Shown here piece by piece: positions 37,363 to 50,148 of a DNA stretch of 64,000 nt. The position numbers and the translations under genes were made by a program. A model generated the notes under the pieces. That model searched no databases. It was not told the DNA's origin and was given only the letters and a program-made list of their open reading frames with translations. The DNA lies in assembly GCF_006345805.1 (NCBI RefSeq), contig NC_043003.1:32674001-32738000 (forward strand), in the 5' to 3' direction. This DNA comes from Octopus sinensis. Lineage: Eukaryota. Each line of letters begins with the position of its first letter. Position 1 is the stretch's first letter.

Positions 37363-37815
37363 CTAAGGCCGAGGTGGATATGTCGTTTCTCGTAGATGCG
37401 TTCTGAAGGGGCCTGTATTTTGTAATAAAAACAGTTTCTTTACTAATTCGTTGGCTCCAGTTGTATCGTCCCTGAATTGGTAGAGGAGAAAAATTCTGAA
37501 GCTTGGATTTTTATTGTTGGCGCAAATGTCTATGTGTTGGCTGAATGCTATTTTTCTGTTTTGGGAAATTTTTACCTGGGATCTGTGCAGGGCCATTCTT
37601 TTACGTAGACTATTTTTTGTTTGGCCTATGTATTACTCTTGACACCCAGAGCAGGTTAGTGTGTATATCAGGTTCTCCGAAGCACATGTGAAGTTGCTTT
37701 TCACTGTGAAACGTTGTCCCTGCTTGAAGGAGAACTCTGATCCCTCAATTAGATAATCGCATATCCCACAATTGGGTCTTCCACATTTTTGAAGCCGATC
37801 CGATGAAAACTGCAC
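37363..37815 (-). pseudogene. Penelope-like element C-terminal GIY-YIG endonuclease fragment
   Basis: KCGRPNCGICDYL...FTCASENLIYTLTCSGCQE*YIGQTKNSLRKRMALHRS. ORFs 37633-37815 and 37363-37596 are in one frame, separated by a single TAA. Confidence 0.88.
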
Positions 37816-38530
37816 ATCATTTTGCGGTACAGCTTGGCGTCTCCCATGTCACGATCATCAACCACCCGCATCGTCTCAGCAAGGTCAGCAAGCTTGGAAA
37901 ATAGGTGCCACATGAATTGATTGAAGCGAACAAACAACAAGCACGTGACACTGCATGTCAAAGTCTGCTCTGGCGAAGCTGAAGATTCGATTGATTGGAG
38001 TCAGTAATCTCTATAGATGAAAAGTGGGTACTGTACTCTAACGTGAGGTGCAGACGATCCTGGTGTAGCAAAGGTCAACAGCCAAAACCTTCATCAAACG
38101 GACCGCTTGTGCAAAAGAAGGTTATGATCACACTTGTTGGATCTTTTCTCATGCAATACCACCATTGACAAGGATGTCTACTGCGAACAAATCGACCGTC
38201 TAAAGATCGCGCTGGCCGAAAAACGCTCAAATTTGAAGAAGATAATTTACCACTTAGGCAACGCGTCAGCACATCGTGCAAAGAAGACGTCAGAGAAGCT
38301 GACATATTCTCCTGACTTTGCCCCTTCTGACTACCACTTATTCTCTACCTTGCAACATGCAATTGACGATACAGAGTTCGAAAACGAAGATGTGAAATCG
38401 TTTCTTTACGACTTTATTGATTCAAACTCACGTGATTTCTGGATGAAATGATTCAAAACTTTGCCTGAAAGATGGCAAAAGGTGATCGATAACGAAGGTA
38501 ATTACCTTTTGGATTGATTATTCTTTATTG
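37806..38530 (+). pseudogene. Mariner transposase relic (catalytic domain, with deletions)
   Basis: KVSKLGK.VPHEL, IDEKWVLYSN, KKVMI, YCEQIDRL, NASAH, YSPDFAPSDYHLF, LPERWQKVIDNEGNY. Confidence 0.88.
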
Positions 38531-38629
38531 TTTTTTTAATTGTTAATAAAGTGATATGTTAAAAGTGTCCAAGAACTGTCTTACCAAACTGATATGTATA
38601 CTACATTATATGTATGTATATTACATTAT

Positions 38630-38942
38630 ATATTTATTTATTTATTTATGCCCCCTTTTCAAGCCTAGCCAGGCTCATGGGCCCGGTTTCCTGGTTTCTA
38701 TGGCTTATGTGTTCCCCCCAGCTGGACGGGACGCCAGTCCATCGCAGCGTTACTCAAGAAACAGGAAGAAAGAGTGAGAGAAAGTTGTGGCGAAAGAGTA
38801 CAGCACGGATCGCCGCCACCCCCTGCCGGAGCCGCATGGTGCTTTAGGTGTTTTCGCTCAATAAACACACACAACGCCCGGTCTGGGAATCGGAGCCGCG
38901 ATCCTCCGACCGCGAGACCGCTGCCCTAACCACTGGGTTGTG
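38630..38942 (-). mobile_element. SINE, type D head with tail X
   Basis: Reverse-complement homologue of 44362-44682. Confidence 0.88.
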
Positions 38943-39019
38943 CATTACATAATGTACATATATATACGTTTGCATGTGTATGTATATATGTATGTCTCGG
39001 TATAAATATTTGTGTGTAG

Positions 39020-39095
<76 letters not shown>

Positions 39096-39864
39096 TTAGC
39101 CCCAGTTAAATTGTGAAAATCAAACTATTCTGCAACCAAACTATTCAACCCATAACCATCGAATTTCCTTTTTTACTTTTTTATTTCTTCAGATATAGCA
39201 TGTTCCGGACCACAATATTTAATGTATTATATATTAAAGATGCCATGGTATAATAGTCTCATGGAAATTTGACTACTATTTCTAGCAGGCAGCGTGACGT
39301 CGATTAGAGGTTCTCTTATTCACACGCAGCAGATGCTTTTGTTACCGTTATTGCTGTCATATCTATAATTATTAATTGGTTTGCACGTTTGAGCGGTGTT
39401 TGTATGTGTTTCTATGGTATGCGTGTTTATGCATGATTTATGTATCGTGTGTGCTATAAAATTAGTGGAAGCTGCCTTAAAATAAGATCTATAATTCGAT
39501 AACTTTGATTGCATGTTCATCCATACTTAAATTGGCATATTGCCCAACAATTTTAATACTGATGCTCCGGTACCGTATTGTAAATAGTCTTGTTTTATTA
39601 AAATGAATCACATGGAAACGAATCATGGCAAGTATCCCTTTCGAAGAGTTATCGATCATTAAAATTCAGATTTACGGCAGGAATAGAGAAATACAATAAT
39701 GCATTTTGCAAATAATGTTTCCACCGTACAACTGGTTTATTACGGAAATGTAATATTTATACGCACTTAAATATAGATGTTCTGTTAGAACAAACTATAC
39801 TGTGATGGTTACCATGAGAGAAACTCACATATTAGACTTTTGGTATAAAATGCACTCTTGTTTA

Positions 39865-40035
39865 TATCGCTAGCGGGGAGATAAATCCCCGCTACCTCCA
39901 GTGCTGAGTTTACAAGATCTCGTGATTTCGACCTTGCTTGGTCTTGTCAATGATGGAAACTCGAGGCAGCAGTGTCTCATCTCCCCGCCAGCGATATTGA
40001 TACTGCCTGAACAGGTGCTGGTGGGGAGATTAGGT
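39865..40035. repeat. GC-rich inverted-repeat structure enclosing a decayed hammerhead-like core (H5)
   Basis: TATCGCTAGCGGGGAGAT (39865-39882) pairs with ATCTCCCCGCCAGCGATA (39979-39996). The minus strand of 39950-39925 reads TTGACAA-GACC-AAGCAA-GGTC-GAAAT. Confidence 0.5.
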
Positions 40036-40069
40036 AGTTTGTTGAATGTATATATATATATATATATAT

Positions 40070-40357
<288 letters not shown>

Positions 40358-40489
40358 TGCGCTATCAGTACCGTGGGGTAATATTCATCCCCACTTAAAC
40401 TGCAGTAGTTTATTACATATACATAGAAACGAAACATGCTAGTGTAATACATGCATGCGTGCACATGAGTAGTAGTAGTAGTAGTAGTA

Positions 40490-40554
<65 letters not shown>

Positions 40555-41002
40555 ACAACAACAGCAACAGTAGTAGTACGTCAAGGGAGCCACAGGGAAA
40601 TATGTAATTTTTGTAAGCTTGTCATGCCGGCGTTACATCGGATGGCAACGGTCAAGATTGATGGGAAAGATAACTGGGGAGTGCAATACTTTGAACATTT
40701 ATAGTCTACAAGTTTTATATTTCTTGCAAATATGAAATCTTTTCTTTTTTTCTTTTTTTTTTTTTGTCTTTTTCTATTTAAGAGCAGTGTGTGGAATGAA
40801 AAGGCAAGGAATTGTAATGAGTTTGCAAGAAAACAACACTATGTGAGTTGTCATCCAGTTTACCTTCAGGAAACACAAAAACTGCTAATACCAACAGAAA
40901 ATGCTTAAAACAGAAGCATTTTCAAATCATCTGAGTATAAAGTTCAACAGACATTTCTGGCCTTATCAGATAAATAAATATGAATTAAGAAATTACATTA
41001 GC

Positions 41003-41053
<51 letters not shown>

Positions 41054-42175
41054 CTCTCTCTCTTCTCATTCACTCACTTTCTTGCTTTCTCTCTCATTCA
41101 CTCACTTTCTTTTTGTCTTTCTTTCTTCCTCTCTCTTTCTTTCTCTCCCCCCCTCTTTGTATATCTCTCTCTTTGTTTCCTTCCTTCCCCCCCTCTCTCT
41201 CTCCCATTATGAAACCTTTTCTTTGTTTATTTTTTCCTTTCTCTCTAACCCCTTTGTATCTCTACTTGATTTAGAATGAACTCAATAAACAGAAATAATA
41301 AATATATACAACTTTCAAATAATGTAATGAAATTACTATTTTCTAGTCGTTACTGATGAGCAACATAGACGCAGAAACAGTCTGTTTATACATAGAGTTA
41401 TGGAGAAAAAATGAAATATTCAATTGATTGAAATTTAATTATATGACCATAACATTTAAGATCATTTAAGAAAAATACGGTATTTTTTTCATCTATTTTA
41501 CACAAAAGTACTCAATACACTTAATCAACACACCGCACTTAAAAGAAACTAACAACACGACAACCATCATGATGGGGAAAATTCGAACGCATAACGACGG
41601 CCAAGGTGTGTGTGGAATGAAGAAACAAATCGTACGTATGGATACAGCACGATTATTTGGAGACACACATCTCACACAAAAATGGCAAAAGATGAGATTG
41701 GAAACGGAATTACTTCCTTGCTACCTAAATATAAATCTTTCGGTCGATGAAATATTTAAGACTGTCATCACTCTAAAGAAAACAATTTAGCCATAAGCAT
41801 TATCTGATAAACAGATATCCCTTTGTGACGAGAGATTGCTAAGAAAATAAGTGCGTGTTCGTGTATGTGTCTGATTATATTCAGGTCATTATTATTACTG
41901 TATAATAGTATATATTTGTGAACATATGTGTATGTATATATATATATGAATATATATCTGAATATATTTTCGTAACACTATGTGTGTGTGTTTGTGTGTG
42001 TACAGGGAGTCCCAAGAGGAACCATCTATTTTGAAAAATAATAGGAATTTACAAAATAAGCCATTAAGACACAAATGTATGTGCGAAAGTACATATATAT
42101 GTGAGTCTATGTTTGTATGTGCACGATCTATATGTATACATACATATACACATATACATACGCCACAGTCTCATA

Positions 42176-42217
<42 letters not shown>

Positions 42218-42383
42218 ATATATATATATATATATACATACACATATATACATACGTATGTATGTATGTATGTATGTATGTGTGCATGTGTATACATACG
42301 AACATATATGATATAAATATACGCATACACATATTTGCGTGAGTGAGTATATTTATTCATGTACGTACGTATGTTTGTGTATG

Positions 42384-42433
<50 letters not shown>

Positions 42434-42544
42434 AGCACGAAAATAGCTATCGAAAACTAAAGTACGAATTCATAAAATATGACTTGTGATAAAAATATGC
42501 AAACACACACATACACATTGTAGGTATGTGTATAGATAGATAGA

Positions 42545-42700
42545 TACATGCATACATACATACATACACACACACATACATACATACACACATACATGCA
42601 TACATACATACATACATGCATGCATACATACATACATACATACATGCATACATACATACATGCATGCATACATACATACATACATACATACATACATACA

Positions 42701-42734
<34 letters not shown>

Positions 42735-42760
42735 CATACATACATACGTACGTGTATGTA
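42545..42760. repeat. (CATA)n microsatellite
   Basis: Direct inspection. Similar tracts at 706-762, 6638-6693, 23872-23960, 25830-25907, 48520-48815 and 54015-54300. Confidence 0.95.
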
Positions 42761-42897
42761 TGAGAGTCTGCGTTTCTGTGAGTGTATAAGAGTAATACTT
42801 TACGTATTCCTAACATTTTTAAATAGTTGTTTACACTTTTCAGTCAGTCTGTGTGTATATGGAAGCGTGTATATATATATATGTCTCTGTGTGTGTA

Positions 42898-43014
42898 TAG
42901 ATGCAGGCATAACTGTGTGGCTAAGGTGCTCGTTTTGGTTTCGGGTTCAGCCTCAGTGTACGGCTCCTTGGGCAAGTGTCTTCTACTACAGCCCCTTAGG
43001 AAACTGTGACATAT

Positions 43015-43071
<57 letters not shown>

Positions 43072-43276
43072 TGTCTTTGTGTCTGTCTGTCACCGATGCT
43101 TGACAACTACTGTTGGTTTGTTTACATCCCCGTTACTTAGCGGTTCAGCAAACGCGACAGTTTGAATAAGTACCAGGCTTTGAAATTTATGTCTTGGGGT
43201 CGAATTATTCGTCTAGAACTTTTAAGGTGGTCCCTCAGTATGGCCGCAGTCTAATGACTAAATGATGTAAAAGAAG
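42898..43276 (+). mobile_element. Diverged SINE family A with deletions
   Basis: Head, CCTTGGGCAAGTGTCTTCTACTA core and tail are recognisable. Confidence 0.75.
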
Positions 43277-43321
43277 ATACATATCCACAAAGATGTACAC
43301 GTATTTATACATATATATGCA

Positions 43322-43355
<34 letters not shown>

Positions 43356-43380
43356 CACACACACACATATATATATATTT

Positions 43381-43592
43381 AGTTAATCCAAACATGAAAA
43401 CACAAGGAGAAGACACAACAACGCGAGGACGTGGAACAAATATAGTGTTATTGGACGCTCAGGAAAGAAAGGAAAGAAGGAGGATTTAACGTTTCGAGCG
43501 GAGCTCTTCGTCAGAAACATAGGAAAAGGAAAGATTCAAGGAAGGGAAGACGGAGGAAAAAAAATCGCCAACAATATACATGTGGTCACATT
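43381..43592 (-). mobile_element. Short Penelope-like repeat, family H1, with an intact minimal hammerhead core
   Basis: Homologous to 13517-13734. Flanked by (TA)n. Confidence 0.8.
43484..43518 (-). ncRNA. Minimal type I hammerhead ribozyme candidate
   Basis: 5'-GUUU-CUGACGA-A-GAGC-UCC-GCUC-GAA-ACGUU-AAAU-3': CUGANGA and GAAA cores, a 4-bp helix II, a palindromic AACGUU helix III, and a short helix I (GUUU/AAAU). Confidence 0.6.
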
Positions 43593-44101
43593 ATATATAT
43601 ATATACGTATATAAATTTGATGCACCATATATAGATTTATATAATCCGGTGGTAATAGCAAAAAGCTCCTTTACCACACCAAGCTACGAGCCACATAGTA
43701 AACTAATACGTAGGAGTGTAATGTAGAGTCTTATGCAGTTGAAATCCAGTAAATCCAATCAGTGAACATTATTTCATGAGGAGTGTATTAAATGTAAAGA
43801 AAGACACAAGGTATGAGATGAATATATCTAATTCACCAGTTGATTTCCATAGGATATATTCTGTTGATCTGATGAGCTAGGCTTGTATACCTGCATTCGT
43901 TTGTAAAATGTACAATAGCACTATGCAATTTATAACATATATGCTAGTGCAGACATGAGGTATAATTTATTAGACTTTAAGATAAATTATTTTTGCATGC
44001 TGTTGGCTGTGAAACGGTCGTTATCGTGTGAAATATGTTGATTTCATACCTCCTGAATTTCTTTATATTATATTGAATTATGCTATATTATATATTATAT
44101 T

Positions 44102-44357
44102 TGTGGAGGCGCGTGGCTTAGTGATTAGGGTGTCAGCATCATGATCGTAAGATTGTGGTTTTGATTCCTGGACCGGGCGACGCGTTGTGTTCTTCAGCAA
44201 AAAAATTCATTTCACATTGCTCCAGTCCGCTCAGCTGGCAAAAATGAGTAGCACTGCGATGGACTGGCGTCCCGTCCTGCTTGGGAAAACATACGCCATT
44301 GAAACCGGGTAACCGGGCCCATGAGCCTGGCTAGGCTTTAAAAGGGCGCATTTATTA
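44102..44357 (+). mobile_element. SINE, type C head/core with tail X
   Basis: tRNA-like head, GTGTTCTTCAGCAA...GCTCCAGTCCGCTCAGCTGGCAAAAATGAGTA core, tail CTGCGATGGACTGGCGTCCCGTCC...GGGCGCATTTATT. Confidence 0.88.
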
Positions 44358-44361
44358 TTTT

Positions 44362-44682
44362 GTGGTGGCGCAATGGCCCAGTGTTAAGGGCAGCGGACTC
44401 GCGGTCGGAGGATCGCGGTTTCGATTCCCAGACCGAGCGTTGTGTGTGTTTATTGTGCGAAAACACCTAAAGCTCCACGACGCTCCGGCAGGAGACGGTG
44501 GCGGTCCCTGTGGTACTCTTTCGCCACAACTTTCTCTCACTCTTTCTTCCTGTTTCTTGAGGAACGCTGCGATGGACTGAAGTCACGTCCAGCAGGTGGG
44601 GAACACACACGCCATAGAAACCGGGAAACCGGGACCATGGGCCTGGCTAGGCTTGAAAAGGGCGCATAAATAAATAAAAAAA
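44362..44682 (+). mobile_element. SINE, type D head with tail X
   Basis: GGCGCAATGGCCCAGTGTTAAGGGCAGCGGACTCGCGGTC...GTTTCGATTCCC (A/B-box-like). Same tail as 44102-44357. Confidence 0.9.
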
Positions 44683-44796
44683 ATTATTATATTATATCGT
44701 GTGTGTGCACTCGTGTGTGTATGTGCATGCCTGCATGCTTGTGTGTGTATGTGTGTATGCATGTTTTGTGTGTGTGTATGTGTGTGTGTGTGTGTA

Positions 44797-44875
<79 letters not shown>

Positions 44876-45652
44876 CCGCGCGTAATAAACAGTCAGTGTG
44901 TATAAACTGTCAGTAAATATAAATCGTCAGGGAGTATAATAAATCATTGAACAGCAAGAATCAAAGCGATGAATTGCACATTCATATTTTAATATGTTCA
45001 GGTAGATGCGAACGTGAATACACAAATTGCAACTGTGTTTCTTTACAGAAGAACGAATGTGTATTCATCACACGTTCGATTCAGTTCATTTGGCTAAGGG
45101 CCACTGGAGACAGCCGGCGTTTCTACATCGTTCTATTTCGTCAACTCGAGGCATTCGGGCATTCGTGGACTAATCGTCTTGTTTCTCGCTGTTCACCGTG
45201 GTGAATGCACTAAAAATAGAAAGCTACAAGAGAATAGCCAATGACATCATGACCACATAAAAATATGCAGGAGTCACCGAAGTAATGTGTTCGTAATCAA
45301 CGACAATGAAGAATATATAGCAAAAATCGATAATTTACATGAAGATCAGAAAACGTCGAGAAATTTAAACGAGAACCTGGAGAACAACGCAGATCTAAAA
45401 TTGAATATGCAAAACAATACTAATACAACTCCATATTTTTCTTTTCATGTAAGTATTCAGATTACATTTACACATTATTACAATAGATGATGATGACACC
45501 ACAAACACAGCCAAGTGTAAATAACTACGCGGAGTTAGTGAATGCCCGTATAACGACACGCTCTCAGCGGTAAAATCACTACAGTGGCGTTTTTACATAC
45601 GTACATACATAATCCATTCTGAAGTGCTGTTCGCTAATCAAATTGTTTGTCA

Positions 45653-45840
45653 CATGAGTGATCGAAATGCATATAAATGAGAGTAATCCGTTCCAAGCAA
45701 CACCCAAAACTGCACATAAAGGCGGGAAATAATGTTTTATCTGCCCATCAATCAATAGCAAATGCATAAAAATGTATATGTAATTGTGTGTCTGTATGTA
45801 TGTGTGTGTGTGTGTGTGTGTGCGTACGCGCGTCTGCGAG
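45653..45840 (+). repeat. Unclassified dispersed repeat (second copy at 54303-54460)
   Basis: ACATGAGTRATCGAAATGCATATAAAT...GTAATCCGTTCCAAGCAACA...AATGTTTTATYTGCCCA.CAATCAATAGCAAATGCATAAA occurs at both loci. Confidence 0.8.
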
Positions 45841-45846
45841 CGTATA

Positions 45847-46094
45847 TTCTCTTTTACTCTTTTTTACTTGTTTCAGTCATTTGACTGTGGCCATGCTGGA
45901 GCACCGCCTTTGGTCGAGCATATCGATACTAGGACTTATTCTTTGTAAGCCTAGTACTTATTCTATTGGTCTTTTTGCCGAACCACTAAGTTACGGGCAC
46001 GTAAACACACTAGCATCGGTTGTCAAACGATGTTGGGGGACAAACACAGACACACAAACGTATACACACACACATACATACATAAATACATACA

Positions 46095-46169
<75 letters not shown>

Positions 46170-46345
46170 ATACGCATATATATATACGACGGGCTTCTTT
46201 CAGTTTCCGTCTACCAAATCCACTCACAAGGTCGGCCCGAGGCTTTAGCAGAAGACACTTGCCCAAGGTGCCACACAGTGGGACTGAAGCCGGAGCCTTG
46301 TGGTTCGTAAGCAAGCTACTTACCACACAGCCACTCCTACGTGTA
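45847..46345 (-). mobile_element. SINE family A
   Basis: Full match, with an expanded internal (TA)n. Confidence 0.9.
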
Positions 46346-46519
46346 TGTGCTTTGCTTTTTTTTTGTCTTGCTTCTGTCGATTTGTGGTAATGTTTTTAGC
46401 AAAAATGTGAAACTTATTATTGTCCATATAAAATAAAAATCTGCAAACTGCATGAAACCCGTACATGGAAGTTAATGAACCATTCGCACACACTCTCCCA
46501 GTCACTTATATGCCTGCGT

Positions 46520-47130
46520 AGTCTACGCGTGGTTTATTGTTCAGATTGCAGCTCGTTAGCTGGCTATAATTTTCTTCAGAAAATCTCTTCGCTAACCAAT
46601 CTGCTCATCTGATCCAAGTGTTATTTACTGCTTGTTATCTCAGTCCTGATCCTGTCGATTAGTAGTAAACATATGATTGGTGACAGTAAGCAGTCTTGCT
46701 ATGCACCAGTTTGAACTGTGAAAGAGTCTGGGGTTTTTTTGTTTTGCCATTGTGGATGACCTGAGTAGTAGTCCCATCAAAAGAATTGTTGGATGATGCC
46801 GATATTTTCGGAGGAATATTATGATGCTGCATCAACCTCCACATTACTCCCCTGTCCACACTGTCGTAGGCCTTCTCGAAATCAATAAAGTCAGTTAAAA
46901 GCGGGCTCTGTCACTCGATGGATTTTTCAATGCTGATGCGCAAGATGGATATATGGTCTGTGCAGAACTTTTCTTGGAGGAATCATGTTTGTTCGGACCT
47001 CAAATTATCCTCCACCACTGTCTTTAACCTCTCCTGTATAACTCTGATCAGCACCTTACTGGGGACGGACAGTAGCATGATTCCTTGCAAGATGTTACAG
47101 ATGGTCAAGTCAGCCTTTTTTAGGTAGCTT
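46520..47130 (-). mobile_element. RTE LINE reverse-transcriptase fragment
   Basis: IMLLSVPSKVLIRVIQERLK...CTDHISILRISIEKSIE.QSPL...FIDFEKAYDSVDRGVMWRLMQHHNIPPKI. Confidence 0.85.
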
Positions 47131-47289
47131 AAACACGTAACCCTTTTTCCATTCCAAGGAAATTTGTTCCTGATGCTTTTTGTAGTAAAGGATGCAGCGT
47201 ATCAGCAGCTGTCCTTCTATCGACCCTGAGCAGCATCTCTGCAAGGATCGCGCCTAAAGACTTTTGCAAGGCAACGATAAAACAAAGGA

Positions 47290-47655
47290 CCACATCAGAG
47301 TAAGCTCACAACACCGTCACAAAGTCTCAGATACAGCAGAGCATGAACTGCTTTTCCACCGTTTGCAACAACTTTGGCCTCACAGTCAGTAGAAGACATA
47401 GGTCATGCACCAACCTGCCAAGCAGAAGCAGTATATGGAACCAACTATCACTATCGCAGGAGATACCCTGAAGATTGTTAAGTTCTTGTACCTCGGTAGC
47501 GCAATCTCCAGATTTGTGAACATTGACAATGAAGTCGACATACACATCGCAAAGAGAAGCTCCGCATTCGGGCAGCTACGTTAATCAGTGTGGAAGAGAG
47601 GAAGCATTAGATAGGCCACCTATTTGAGGGTGTACCAAGCAGTTTTACATTACTG
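47290..47655 (+). mobile_element. RTE (BovB-like) RT C-terminal fragment
   Basis: QQSMNCFSTVCNNFGLTVS...VMHQPA...KFLYLGSAISRFVNIDNEVDIHIAKRSSAFGQLR. Confidence 0.85.
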
Positions 47656-47754
47656 TATTCCTGCTATTATTAGAAATATTGGTGGAACATTCCTATCAAA
47701 ACTTCTGCTAAATGCAAGCATAACAGACCTAACATAGTTATATTTGGGATAGAA

Positions 47755-48385
47755 AAGGAGAGTCATGTACCATCATAGTGGTAAATTATTCTGCAGATGT
47801 GAAAATCTCTTCCAAAATCAGCGACAAGAATATCGATGGACAACTGCTGCGAGACTGTACCTCCTCTACTTTGACTATAAATTTACATTTATACTTATGA
47901 TCATTGGTACACTCGTTTGTGTTAATAAATGTTTAAACCACAATCTGGAGAAGCTAGAATTTTCAAACAGAGACAAACACCAGCCATCACGAACTTTACA
48001 GATTTCAAAGGAGTGCTGGAAGACCCTTGGCTTTAACGATATTATGAAAGGCCTAGTTGGACGTCCAACCTTCTGAGTTCTATTACAGGGCTTAGAAAAA
48101 CTGAAGGCCCGCTGCAATAAGTGTGTGAATCTGAGAGGAGAATATTTTGAATAAAATAACAATTAACTGATCCTCCTGGTATTTTCTTCTACCCAAAGCC
48201 AGGAATTTTTCAGCACCCTGTCGCACGCCTGTAAATGGAATAGTGAAAGTATGTAAAACTTTCTTGAAGTTCGATATGTTACAAGTGTCGGTGTTGTTAT
48301 CTAAGCTCAATTGATGGAGATTTTGTTTCTTTGTTAGAAACCAGCTTCTTCATTTTAGAAGGAATATAAATAAAAATAAAAAGAC
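47755..48385 (+). mobile_element. REL LINE 3' end interrupted by a mariner MITE, followed by (CCTA)n(CATA)n
   Basis: YKFTFILMIIGTLVCVNKCLNHNLEKLEFS...TLQI [MITE] VNGIVKVCKTFLKF. The 3' UTR motif GTTAGAAACCAGC is shared with 23815 and 26312. Confidence 0.75.
48003..48226 (+). mobile_element. Mariner-derived MITE
   Basis: Carries a transposase C-terminus (GLEKLKARCNKCVNLRGEYFE-stop) and the TIR AAAGCCAGGAATTTTTCAGCACCC. Homologous to 62263-62710. Confidence 0.8.
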
Positions 48386-48511
48386 CTACCTACCTACCTA
48401 CCTACCTACCTACCTACCTACCTACCTACTTACCTACCTACCTACTTACCTACCTACCTACCTACCTACATACCTACATACCTACTTACCTGCCTGCACC
48501 TACCTACCTCC

Positions 48512-48542
<31 letters not shown>

Positions 48543-49009
48543 CATACATACATACATACATACATACACACATTACATTACATACATACATACATACATT
48601 ACCTACATACATTACATACATACATATATACATTTCATACATACATACATACATACATACATACATACATACATACATACATACATACGTACGTACATAC
48701 ATACATACGTACGTACATACATACATACGTACGAACGTACGTACATACATACATACATACATAGATACATACATACATACATACATATATACATACATAC
48801 ATACATACATACATACTACATATTCTGGGAATTTTCTTCATTTTTATACACCATATCATTAATACAAGCACACATACAGGCATACGCACACACACACACA
48901 CGCACGCACGCACACACATACACACACGCGCACATACACACACACACTTACGCGCGCACATACACACACACACACAAGTTTACATCTAAATCCTAATATA
49001 ACATTTACA

Positions 49010-49432
49010 TAGGCGCAGGAGTGGCTGTGTGATAAGTAGCTTGCTTACCAACCACATGGTTCCGGGTTCAGTCCCACTGCGTGGCATCTTGAGCATGTGT
49101 CTTCTGCTATAGCCCCGAGACGACCAATGCCTTGTGAGTGGATTTGGTAGACGGAAACTGAAAGAAGCCTGTCGTATATATGTATATATATATATATATG
49201 TATGTGTTGTGTGTATATGTTTGCGTGTCTGTGTTTGTCCCTCTAGCATTGCTTAACAACCGATGCTGGTGTGTTTACGTCCCCGTCACTTAGCGGTTTG
49301 GCAAAAGAGACCGATAGAATAAGTACTGGGTTTACAAAGAATAAGTCCCGGGGTCGATTTGCTCGACTAAAGGCGGTGCTCCAGCATGGCCGCAGTCAAA
49401 TGACTGGAACAAGTAAAAGAAAAAGAGAAAGA
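49010..49432 (+). mobile_element. SINE family A, full length
   Basis: Full head-to-tail match to the other family A copies. Confidence 0.93.
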
Positions 49433-50148
49433 GAATAACTTTTACATCTTGATTATAGAAATTTACTGTTTTTAGTCAACTAGAGTACTGTCCCTTGAAT
49501 TTAAATTTGCTCCAAGGGAAACAAGCCAGTCTCGTTCGTCAGTGTTGGTTTTTGCTATAAATTATGGAATTCCGAATGTTTTTATAAGATTACATATACT
49601 TTTATTTTGTACCATGACAAAATCGTAACGACATGTTTTTTTTTTCTTTTTTCTTCTTCGCTTTCTATATTAATAAAATTCAATATCTAATTTATTCATT
49701 TATTTTCCGTTTACTCTGTTTTTAAATTTTGAGATGATGAGTCTTATCCGCAAAATACAGACATTGATTTTGCGATATTTGGAAAATCGTGTAAGGATTC
49801 TATGTCAAAATAAATTTGAAAACCGATGACGTTGGTCAATATGGATTTGAACCAAGGGAAAATACTTTTAGCATTGAACAAGGGAGATAATTTGCAATTT
49901 CTATTGACTGCAAATGTGTAATTGATTTTTAATATATGTACCAAGCCTAAAACGTTGGAGGGATGCTAATCAATAAAATCATCTGCGGTACATGACTGAT
50001 ATTTTTTTATGGGTTCCAGACAAATAAAAGACGAAGTTGATCACGGCAAGATTTGTACTCAGATCCTAAACAAATGAGGGCATGCTGCAAGGCAATTTTT
50101 GTCTCAACCCCCTGACGGACCCGCCAGTCAAATATTATTACATATTTC

